From Antedon mediterranea (taxonomy: Eukaryota > Animalia > Echinodermata): a stretch of DNA of 64,000 nt. The translations under genes were made by a program, and so were the position numbers. Under the pieces are notes generated by a model that was given only the letters and a program-made list of their open reading frames with translations, had not been told where the DNA came from and searched no databases. The stretch is from the NCBI RefSeq assembly GCF_964355755.1, contig NC_092678.1, forward strand, positions 2,062,422 through 2,126,421, in the 5' to 3' direction. This document shows positions 1-12,200 of this stretch, piece after piece (the stretch's first letter is position 1; every line of letters starts with the position of its first letter).

Positions 1-517
1 TCTAGAAAAAGAAACCACAAAATAATACATTGAATCATTATTAATGTCTTATACTGTGTATTTATGGGTATATACATCCCAGATTGCAAGATTATGATTT
101 AAAAATACAGTCACTGTTTACCAAAATATTTTATATAAAGTATAAAATACCATGGACCTACCTCATTCTTTCTGGGTGCATAGTTTACCAATAATGGGTG
201 CAGTCAGTTATTTTTCCAAACAAGGTATACAATACACTTTACAAGTGAACTATAAATGATAACAAAAATAGCAAAGGATATTGTTATATGACTTAGTGAT
301 TTGGAACAGACCATGACCACCGAGTTATAAAATCTAATGTTACCTCCATGAACAGACGCATGCCTTCACAGAACTAAAAGGCCAGCGTGCCGGTATTATA
401 CGGATACTGTATGATATCATGCCGGATGTACGGTCAGAATGGGTCATGTCAGCATGCAATCCTGGACAAAAAAACCTATTTTATAAGGCGTTATACATTA
501 TAGCTCTTTTTGGAATA

Positions 518-712
518 CGAGTCGAAATGTAACTCGCTTTGTTCTCACAACTATAGGACGCAACAAAAAAAAGGACGAAGCAACAAAAAGCAATAGTTCA
601 AAATAATCCATTACTTTTGATTTGTCAATTTGATTTTTACGTGTGCGGTTTACATCCTTGGTTGCGTCCTAGTGGTGGGAACCAAGCGAGTTACGATTGT
701 ACATTTCGACTC
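518..712. mobile_element. MITE-like inverted-repeat element
   Basis: Imperfect inverted arms: gagtcgaaatgta...ctcgctttgttctcac...taggacgcaac on the left and gttgcgtcctag...gggaaccaagcgag...tacatttcgactc on the right. No coding capacity. Confidence 0.6.
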
Positions 713-3700
713 AATTCGTAATAATTTATGGGAACGAATAAATGCTTTTCGTACGATAATTCAGTAATTCGGATAATATGCATACATATGTGGCTATTTT
801 CATAGGCACATAAATCTTGAAAATATTTACGGTGGCAATGACAATGCATGCATGTCACGGGAATCCACACAGATCATGTGGACAGAATATCACGCCAAGA
901 TGACCGCACGCTACCGGCGGACTAAGACAAACCACGGAGCTGCTATATAATAGCCATGGTCACCACATATTATGATAATTATTATTAATTAATATTTTTC
1001 CAGCTTTGTTTTCCGAATGAACGGAAAATGAAACTACAGATTATATACCAGATATTAAACTAACAGAATTGTGGAAAGGAGATTAAATTTTGGCAACCTA
1101 GACTAAATGAATACAAAATTACCGTATATTTACAGTATCTTGTCTATATATATATATATCAAACCGCTAGTAGGGCCTACCTAAAAGTTAACAGATATAA
1201 CGTCGGGAGTTAAGTTCAAAATGAATATTAAAGTGAAAGTCGAAATTATTTATTATGCATAAAGGCCTTTTTGCTTGAAGGTTTGCATGGCGAAATAAGG
1301 CCTTACTTACCCAAAATGATGTTCCGTGTTAAAATATTTAGATAACGTTGACAGGTAACGAAGGTATCATAATGTTGATCAATTATTGCCATACTTAAGG
1401 ATCTAATATTATTGAGTAACGTAGCAACAACCATTGAGCGCATTTCAATGAAGTTTAATTATAATATATTTAGCGAGCCCTCTATTGTACCTGTACAAAT
1501 TATCAACTTGCCAATTACACAGTACTAGATTCAACGTTCACATAAAGTAAATTATTGTCGATATACATTTTATATAAGAACAATTAGAGTAGGAGACTAA
1601 CAATATATATTTTTTGATTAGGTAATAATTATTTGATTTTAAGCGGGAAAATTCACGGAAAAGTGGAATCTTTCGCCGCATTGGTAATAATCAGTTTAGT
1701 TTTTGTTTTATTTTTTTGTAGAGGTATTCATTGTCAAAAATAATTACGGATGAGACTGATTATACACAGTAGTTAAGTAAAAACTGTCAGCGTAGGATTA
1801 GAGGGCATAAACAGGAACATTGCAAATAATGGTTGAAATTGTTTAATAAAGAATCTGGTTCGATGATCTTTCCATTTAAAAAAGGCACCGTCCTGGTTTG
1901 CTTTAAAAGGGGATAAATTTAAAAATATATGCGTACTGGTATATCGAACATACGGTGGCGCTGAATACGCAATCAATCAATATGTTTAAATAAATTTAAA
2001 TTCACACATAAATTTGACTAGAAGTATACTTATATATATGTATATCATAAGTAATAGAATAATAATTTAATAAAACTTAATAACGTATAGGTGAATTGTG
2101 CATACCAACAGTGTTATGACACAAGATATTTACGTTACCTGTACTAATATATTCCAATAGCAGGGCTACCATATGATGCAATGGTCCTAAATAAATAAAA
2201 CGTACAGTTTTGGCCTTTATTCAAGAGTTATCTATCGGAAGTACTGTTGGCCTATTATAGTGTCATGCACACAAATATTAACCAATCGATGATGTGTTAG
2301 GCGGTGACTATAAATAGGCTGCAATTTTGTAAGTCAATGGTGGGAGCTATATCATTGGTATCAGAATTCTTGCATTCTTAATAAAAAAAAATGTATCTTT
2401 ATATAATTAATAAAATAGATTTACTGTAGATATAATACGGGTCCATGGAGGAAAAACGACATCGATAGTAGATAGGTCTGTAGTACTGTACATTTACGGT
2501 TGACGTCAGTTACAGACTTGAGTTTCAGATACACTACACAGTGAGATATAGCAGTACAGTACCTGTATTTTGAAGTTTCACATGTAGAACGGTGTGGTAC
2601 TCACAATAGTCCAGTCAATCTAATGATATACCCACCACAAATTGCAATAGTAACAAAGCAGGTATTTTTGAATTCCATATAAAGTGTAGAACGACATACT
2701 AAAAGTCACCGAAAATCCAAGCATTGGGTCAAGGGGTCAGAGGTCAATAAAGGTCATTTTAAGTCAAAATTAATATGCCCCATTAATTACATATATTTAC
2801 CCATTTGAAATACATTATATACAAGTGTGATTTATGTCATCCGAAAGCTTATTAAATTTCCTATTCAGTGATATCAAACTTATAGTCATAACATTTTATT
2901 TAGCATGTCATTTTTGCGGAAAAACACAACATAATGTGTCAATTTTGGCTAAAAATGTTGTTTTCGCTGTAAACAACAATGGTATACAAACAGAGATACC
3001 CTGGGGTGAACATTTCAGTCCAAAGTGATACACATGACCAGCTCAAGATGCAGATGAGTTCCTGTTCCTGTTGCTTCTGGATGATCTACATTCCATTTTT
3101 TCCAGATGGCATTTGTTTTGCCATGGTTACAGTATTTATATTGGGATGTGTAAGTATTTTAACGATTTTTTAACCAGTAGAAATACAAAGATGTTCAACA
3201 GCAGTTTGACAATGACCTCCATGTTGTATGACGTTCGGACCATCTGGGCTGGATTGTCAACAGACCTGGTGATTGAAAAGGTTTCTATGAGAAGTCTCAA
3301 AGAAAACCAGAGGTTTGAAAAAGATTTAGGAATGAGTACATCCAGACCAAATCTGCGCTGAATGTAATGCCTCGCAATAGTATCAGGGCGTTACTCCAGC
3401 AGCGGCCAACATAAGAACTTATGGCCACACGTCAGGAACACAATAGCAATTAAAACATCCATTTGGTTACGACTCAGAGATTTCATACCATTGACACGGG
3501 AGTTACTGCAGGTGACTCGGAATATTGGCAATGTGGTATTAAGCATTGAATATTTTGGACGGATGTTAGGCCAAAAAATCTTGCAATGTATTCAAGATCC
3601 TGGCAATAAAGTACATACAGGCAAATATGTGTGCATCGATCCTACAGTTCCAGAGGAGACTCAGGGTGACAACAAGGAAGTTTTTGAGCATGAACTTTGC

Positions 3701-4809
3701 CACCAGTACTTTTTGAAACAACCAACTTACAATACTTTCAGCTAATAAACCAACATGATGCCATGTGGAAACAATGAATAGAGTCTAACACATCCAACTC
3801 ACTGAATGATGTCCAGTAGGCCTACATTCTAGATGGTAGTGCTCTACTGCACAGCATTCCATGGAATAGTGTAGAGACTTATGATGCGATCTGTAAAAAA
3901 TATTGATCTGCCATCATAGTCTTTGATGATTATGAAAGCGGCTCATCCACCAAAGACGGCGCACATGGTAAGGCGGGTCAGGTGGTAGTATCCCTGTACA
4001 TTTTACCAGTAACATGTTCCACAAAATTGGATCACTTTCTGTAACAAACAACAATTTATAAATCTTCGTAATTAATATTTGAACAAAATGGCAATGAGTT
4101 AATGCAGCTGCTGCTGATAATTATTTCGGATAGTACAAAAAACCATTGAATCAGCAAACAGGAAAACATCTGTCATTATCCGATGACACGGATCTATCTA
4201 GTGCTCCTCTGCAGTCAAGCATTTAAAACATCTTGTGATATTCTTTAGACTGGAACTGAGATACTGGATTATCAAACTGGTTCAAATAGTACTTTTGAGA
4301 GACATCTGTGATAACCTTCTGTTTGCTCATGCGATACTGATGACAAAACATCCAGAGCTCTAAAAAGCTTGTCATTGCACTTATTTCTGACGTTATGCTG
4401 TAGTCTTCAGATGCAAACAAGCTACAAAAGATGACATTGTGGTTGCTAGAGAAAATGATTTAGTGTGTCTGTACAATGGACGACCTGGACAACGTGGAAT
4501 GCCTTTGACTCCATCCCATCTACAAGTACAACCTCGCATATATAACTTCATAATCGTACCACAACCATAAGGTACATAACATCATGTTCAAGTTCAAGTT
4601 CAAGTTATCTTTTAGCAATGTGTACCGAGGATTGGGGATGGAAGATCAGATGATGGAAATATGGTTCCTCTACACACAGACTTAAAGCCAGCACCTGAGT
4701 ATCTCCTTGAAGCCTTCAGGGGTAACTATAACTACATGTGGTGAATGCAACGGCATTGCACTGTACTGATACCCGAACAAGAAAGTGATACTGATGACAT
4801 AGTTGTGAG

Positions 4810-6870
4810 TCCTTTTCTATTTGAAGGATTAAACAATATCATCCCACACAGGGCAATTCAAATAAAAAGGTCTGGATTAAAATGATCTTACAAAATATAC
4901 AAAAATATCACAATACACAGTACAATATAACAAGAGTCAAAGTTCAAGAATTTAAGAGTCGGGTGGCAACTGGCAAAAAAGAATTTCTTTTACGATGTGT
5001 TCTACATGCCGGCCATCGAAAGCGACGCCCATGAAGCATGAGCTCGAAATCACTGAACAAGGCATGGTTAACACTTTTTAGAATAGCTCTACTTTTTTTT
5101 TTTGAGTTTGCATACAGTCACAGAAGGAAGATAAGCTACGAAGTCGACAACCTATTAATTTAGAACTTAAATTAACAATTCTTTGTAGTGAGGCATATTG
5201 CATCCAATACCGAAACCAGGCAAGAAAAAAGGTCCACCAAAAAACATCCGACCCATCATCCTTCTGTCGGTTCTTAGGAAAATGCTAGCAATATGCTTAC
5301 TTAATAGGATAAACGACAGATTAGATGAACATGTCCCTGTAACACAGGACGCGTATCGCAGAGGACGAAACACTACCGAACATGTACATACATGCAAAAT
5401 GTTAGCAGAAAAGGCAATTGCGTCATCTAACTACGAAATAATATTACTACTACTTGACATGACCAGTGCATTTGACACTGTGCGGAGGAATACTCTATTC
5501 GACATACTGACACATATATTACAAGATGTGAATTACACATGTTGAAAGTTTTGATAAACAATGTAAAATTAAGCGTTCGAATTGGAAAACAGACAGGAAA
5601 ATTGTTTACTACTACACTAAGAGTACCACAAGGTGACTGTATGTCTCCGATACTGTTCACACTATACCTAGCAAAGGCACTCGAATCAGCAAACACAACA
5701 CCACTACCCCTACAACAGCTTAATATCCAGATGCAGTATGCAGATGACATTTCATTTATTAGCGACTCAAAAGAACACATAACTAAAATAAAGAAAAATG
5801 TAACAGAGAAATTAGCAGAATTCAATCTAAAGATAAACGAAAGTAAAACAGAAGAATACCTAATAGGAAGAAACACCGATAGTAAATGGGAAGAATGCAA
5901 ATACCTCGGTAGTAACTTGGACACAGAAAAAGACATTAAAAGAAGAAAATCACTAGCAGCTATGGCATATAACAAGCTGAAGTCGTCGCTAGAACACAAA
6001 ACGATGTCTATAGACGTGAAATCCCGTTTGTTTGACGCATACATAGCAAGTATTTTCTTATATAACAGTGAACTCTGGGTACTAAACAAAAAATTACAAG
6101 AGAGTATCACAGGAAAATGTTGCGAAAGATGATAGATATTAAATTAACAGATAGAGTGTGTAACACGAAAATATACGAGATAACAAAACAAGAAGAATGG
6201 AGTAAAAGAATTAAACGAAGGAGACTAAAAGGGTATGGACACATAATTAGATTACCGGATGATACCCCAATCAAACAAAATGAAGGAAACAGAAAAAAAT
6301 GGAAACAAATTGTGGAAAGCGTAATGTCGGAAGACGGAAAACGTTAACAACAACAACGAGTTTCTCTCTTTGACCCTAAGACTAAAAAACCAGCATATAA
6401 AGTAAAACAGTTAAAACGTTCTCAATAAAGGAATTATAAAAAAAACCTGAGAATTACTTTATCGACATTAAAATGGTTCAGCTTCCTTAACAGATAAAGT
6501 CTCTGGTGCCCTTTCTTTACTATTGGCTCTGTATTTAATTCCCAGCTGAGATTGTCCTAGAGTAGGTATTTAAAGGAATGGACAATTTTGCTGGTTCGTC
6601 ATTTATGAGGGATACCAGAGGGCTGCGTCCTTTCGCCTTCCTAAAATCTACAATCATCTCCTTGGTTTTGGTCACATTGAGTTCCATCTAATGCGGAACC
6701 ATGACCGTCCTGTGAATTTTTAAGGAGAGACAGCAAGACAGTGTCGTCAGCAAATTTGACAAGATGACTATTGTCCTGTTTGCTGCGACAGTCATCCGTG
6801 TATATGATATACATGAGAGGAGAGAGGACGCAACCATGGGGAGATCCAATACTTGTCATTACGTACATTC
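4810..6870 (-). mobile_element. 5'-truncated Rex1/Babar-like LINE, interrupted by a second LINE
   Basis: RT motifs GSPHGCVLSPLMYIIYTDDC and VKFADDT (6641-6868) and HQRLYLLRKL (about 6480-6510). The C-terminal part FELMLHGRRFR..RTHRKRNSF resumes at about 4980-5055, on the other side of the RTE insertion. Boundaries approximate. Confidence 0.7.
5170..6358 (+). mobile_element. 5'-truncated, frameshifted RTE-group (RTE/Proto2-like) non-LTR retrotransposon RT
   Basis: ORFs 5198-5545, 5539-6132 and 6117-6347 join into an RT: NIRPIILLS, LLDMTSAFDTV, VPQGDCMSP, YADDI, KYLGS, LYNSELW, RRRLKGYGHIIR. Ends in an (AAC)n tail. Confidence 0.85.
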
Positions 6871-9208
6871 GTTGATACTAAAATCATCAAACATCTATCT
6901 ATAGTAAATCATGAGTTGATTCCAAATTATCAAGACTCATTAATTAATCAGCAATAGTACATACCACTAATGAATTTCAATATTCTTCTAGCTAGCATCA
7001 TTTTTCCTATTTCATGACGATACAATAGGTACAGGAAAAACATTATTTGCACCAAATACTTCCAATAAACATAATTTAGTTTTACGCTATTTTAAGAAAA
7101 TTTGAGTTTTCGTAAAAGGTCACTGACCTCTATAGTTACATAACAACTGTTGTATCAATTAGTTTTTAGAGTAAGAAATACATAGTATACACATTTGTAG
7201 TTATTTAGATGTTATTGGCAGGCATAAATGTTACCTCTAAACACAAGTTTCATCAAATGCATCTGCAATTATGGAATAAGACATTGCAGTTAATAATTTT
7301 GTTAGGAAAAATTTGAGTTTTTGTAAAAGGTCAATGACCTTTTGACCTCTAGTTACGTATAACTGTTGTATTAATTGTTTTTTTAATGTATATTAGTAGG
7401 ATATACTATACACATTGGTACTAAAGCTATTTAGATATGATTATAAAACAATGGATTATAGGCATAAACGCTACCCCCTACCACAAAATTGTTTACATTA
7501 CATTTGATCAAGAATCAATTTCAAGAATAGTACATCATTACTTTTAAAATTCTTCTAGTTAACATCATTATTCCTATTTTATATATCGATAGGTACAGAA
7601 AAAACACAATTTTGATTAAATGCATCCACAATTATGGCATACGATATTACAGTTAATCATTTTTTTATGGAAAAAAATGAGTTTTTGTAAAAGGTCAATA
7701 ACCTTTTGACCTCTAGTTATATGAATAGGTGTTGTATTTTGTTTTTTTAAATTGCATATTAGAAAGAAATATATATTCTACACATTGATATCAAGATTAT
7801 TGAGATTGGATTATAAAACCACAAGTTATGGGCATAAATGTTACCCCCTACCCCAAAAATATTTACGGAATAAAATCGCTATATAGTTGTTGAGATTATG
7901 TTAAAAATAATGTGTTCCAATGCTTCAATTTTCGGTGACTTTTAATATGTCATTCTAAAGTACATTTGGAATGAAAAAATCAATGTTTCGTTACTATTGC
8001 AATTTGTGGTGGGTTTACCTCTAAATATCACTAGATTGACTGGACTACAACTGTGATGTGGTCGAATATATTTGATAGTTAAATGCACATACATTTAAAA
8101 TGTGTAACAGAAATCACTGTACGGATAAACCCAAAATTAAAATGTGGGAGTTTTTTAGTAGTTAGTTCAACCTAATGTTACAATATGTTGTGACTTCATA
8201 GAAAACAAAAACAAATGCAAAAAAAAAGTTGGTGAGTGTATACGGTGGATATTAAAAAAGAAAATAAAAAACAGAAATGAAGTTGAACAAAAACACCAAA
8301 AACGTAAATTTATTTATTTAAAAAAAATGGTGTACAACAGAATAGGAATGTTACTGTGTTTGAACAATCTTCCCCACTGATAAAAATGTGTAGGCCTACT
8401 ATAATAATAATAATCATAAGAACAATACCAATGGAAACTAATTTAATCCTGAATCTATTGTGATTTTGTGATTTTTTATTTATAAATTTTTGTTTATAAA
8501 TAATAGATAGGAAATAAACATAAAACAAACAAAAGGTGGTAACAGTGTGGAAAGAACACCTCACCAACCCCACCCCGTCTCCCCTCTCTTAATACTACAT
8601 ACAACCTACATGAACTGGAAATGGCACAATGCTGATAGCATAGAGACAATGATAATATTAAATTGAAAATATTAGTGCCAGTGAACACGATAGAAATGGT
8701 GACGTGTAAACAATTATATAATTTTAGTGATAAAATAGGCAGTACAATATTCATACCAGTAACAGACAAATAGTTAATATGAGACAATTCAAACAAAAAT
8801 ATCAACAACAAATATTTGTATGTACTTTTTTTAATTTCACAAAATATAACATAAAATTTAAAATTCTTCAGAATCTACCATCATTCCATTATTAGCAGTA
8901 AATCAGTAGTTTGTGAAATTCTGTGTCATGTACAATGTACAACAGTTGAAATTAAACTTTAAAATTTCAAAATTAATGGTTTATAATTATACTGCTAAAA
9001 TAAATATTCTAGATAAATAACAATAATAATTTCTGTATCTGGAGCTAATCATTTTGATGGTAAAAATTTATTTCTATCTTTAGTTTATTTGTTAGTTTAA
9101 ATTTCTAATATGGAAATGACCATGCAGGTAGTAGACACTTGACAAACTATTATGGATCATGTCTATTATGCAAGTAAATAGCTGTGTAGGCGTACTGTAC
9201 AACCGCTG

Positions 9209-12200
9209 TCACGTTCTCATCTGTTGAAAAAATGTCTGTATAAAGAAAAAAGCTAAAATAAGTAAATCAATGCTGTATAAAGGCCAATTTACATAGACGA
9301 GTGATAACGGTAAGACAAATATAGAATCTATGTTATTCCTTATGACCATTTACATACAACGTGGGACAAGTCACACAGTTTTCTGCTTACCGTTACCGCT
9401 TGTCTGTGTAAATTGGCCTTAAAAACAGTACATATACAGCATATACAGTACGGTACAGTATATTAAAACTCAAATCTACATTTAATACCAAAAAGAATTG
9501 TTATTGTTTTTGAAAAAGAAAAAAAAAATCGGTAAATGTAGAATATTACTAATACTACAATTATTATAATTTGCTTTCTGTCTTTTGAAAGATTCATTCA
9601 TTTTTTTAAATAAAAAAAACAAATCCTACCGTTGTAAACAAATTAAATCCAATTTGTGTTAATTGAATACCTTTCATTTACTTTAACTGCATACTTAAAC
9701 AAACTAGCTTCTTTAATAGCATGCATGTCAAATTTGAGACTGTTGCTGGCTTTAGATTTGATTTGATTTGATTTGATTTATTCAATATCGGCTCATTACA
9801 ATTACAACAGAATACATAAAAATATATAATGAAACAAAAAGCCAGGATTGTCACAAGCGAACCCAATCACTGTTTAAAGACTTTCCTTTAACATAAATAA
9901 AATACAAAATAAATATAAAATAAATGACGAGAAAAAATTAATTAATAAAAATCTAAGACATGATGAAAAAAAAAAAAAAATGAAAAACCTGTTTAGACAA
10001 AAACGTGAGCCATGTATGCCAGTTTTGTAGAACTGTTGAAAGTTTGTGAAGGCAAGTAAGTTAGTAGGTTAGTTAATCAGTTAGTTAGCAAGTAAAATAA
10101 GGACAATTTTACCTTAAAGAATGTCTTAAATTGCTTTGAGTCTAAAGTCCTAAGTCCGTTAATAAATTCCTGAAACAATACAAAAGGTATATTGTAATTT
10201 AATTTTGTAAAGAATATAGCTTAGCTTAAAATAAACACAGTGATCTTTTTTTGTATTTTTTCTTCATGGTTGTACTGAAAATGGACTAGATTTTTGTTAA
10301 ATACATTTCTTTGATAAATTAAATTCATAACGTAACTAGAAGGACACTCAGAGAGCGCAAACCTCCGCCTAGGCATATGAAATTTAATGACAGCTATGAA
10401 ACATCCTTTAAAATCTTATGAAAATCGGGCAATAACTTTTTGAGTAATCCTGCTAACAAATATAGGTAATAATATAGTTAAGACAGTAATATTATAAATG
10501 TTAACACTATGGTACAGTACGATTTAACTATTTTTTACCTCTAAAAAAGGACAGTAGGCCTAGATATATATCTAAAGTGTCACTTGAAACCAGCCACCGT
10601 CAATTTTTATTACATAAGTCACATAATATATGTTGACTATAGGTCAAAGTCCTCTATTTGTATAGCAATCAATTCTCAACAAAACCAGACAAGCTTATTT
10701 GTTCAGATTAAAATTTACATTTTATTCTTCAAATAGACTTATTTTGGGAGCGTTGACTTACATTTAATATTGAACTTACTACAATTTTATCATTATGCAA
10801 AATGACGGGAAGAAATTTTTGCTGTAAGAAGATCAACAGGCTTTCTTCCTCTGAGATTTTCAACGTTGTAAGCAAAGATGCTGCTTCATTCAGAGCCTAA
10901 AAGTAAATTAAATATTGTTTATAAACTTAAAAAAATATCGTAATTGTGAAAAATTTTAATTGCATTTGAAACAAATGATAATCTAACAAGTTAATTATTT
11001 TATCTTTAGTGGTAAAAGATTTGTTGATAATTTGTTTAGTTAGTCTGTGTCAAAGAAAATTTTTAAACTAACATTTTCAAACATGAGCCATATAAAGACA
11101 CATACAAACTTTATATACAATATTGCACTCTCAGTAATTAAGACTTCAATAAAATATTTATTGAATATCATGTGACACACAATCCTCCAATCAAATAACA
11201 AGAATCTACTATATGTGTTATAGAAAATAATTGATAAAAATGAGCTTAAATTATGTTAAAACCTTTTCTTCTTGCTTCTGTCTATATTTTATTAAATTAG
11301 AAATTCATTTTATTGTGGGTGGTTGTGGTTACAGTTATTATAAAAATCAATATAATATTATATTGATAATTATAGCTCCGCCTAAATTTAAATGGATTCT
11401 GAGTAAATATTATTGTTGATTAATCAATAGGCAAAACAATAACACAATGTGGGTGTTATTATACATAGTCATCATTACTGTGCAATCTGTACAATAGTGG
11501 GCTGAATGATTTTGCCATTAGACTTGTCAGTTTGATCCACACCCACATCACATATGAGTGAGCCAGTGAAATTTGATTATACAATAGCACTTCTGAAATA
11601 TCATCTTAAAAATAGGAAATCGGAAAAAAGCCACCCCTGTAAAAAGCCACCATTGTAAAAAGCCACCCAACAATGGACTATACCATTGTAAAGTGGGAGT
11701 GCTGGACAATCAATTTTTATTTAATTGTGTTATTGTGAATAGCAATTTGGGTGTAGGTGTTATTTAGAAACAATATCAAAGCTAATCAAAGGGATGCCTA
11801 CACTTTTCATGTTACCTCTTCCAAATGCCACTGCCAAAACATCAAACACTTCCTACTTAGTTAAGATTCATAATACATGTTATGCCATTGTAATGTTAAG
11901 GCACGTTATCCAAATACAAATCATTTCAAAATGGAGTTCATTACAAATAATAAGGGAGGTCGCAAATTATGCTATGATGGTTATCTTTATACTAAACGTA
12001 AGTCTAACAGAAGTTCGATAATTTGGGAGTGTTCTTCACATAGAAAGTTTGCTTGCAAAGGTGTACTACGGACAGACATCGATATGGCCGAAGTGCAGTA
12101 TGTATCGGAACACAATCATGCAGTTAACATCATGAAGGCTCATGCAAAGAAAGCAAGACATAGTATTATGGATAAAGGCACAACTTGTAGAGCAACTCCA

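Larger units (their letters stand above)
2607..8047 (+). mobile_element. Degenerate Academ (AcademX-type) DNA transposon with nested LINEs
   Basis: Imperfect TIRs of about 120 bp (tagtccagtcaatcta... / ...tagattgactggacta), TAG..CTA termini and a 3-bp TSD CAA on both sides. Frameshifted transposase/XPG-like motifs at about 3000-4780: VFEHELC, ILDGSALLHSIPW, IIVFDDYESGSSTKD, DDTDL, WGWK..PAPEYLL..GECNG. Confidence 0.8.

Noticed and set aside
5427-6110. 227-aa minus-strand ORF
   Set aside because: Antisense shadow of the RT ORF 5539-6132.
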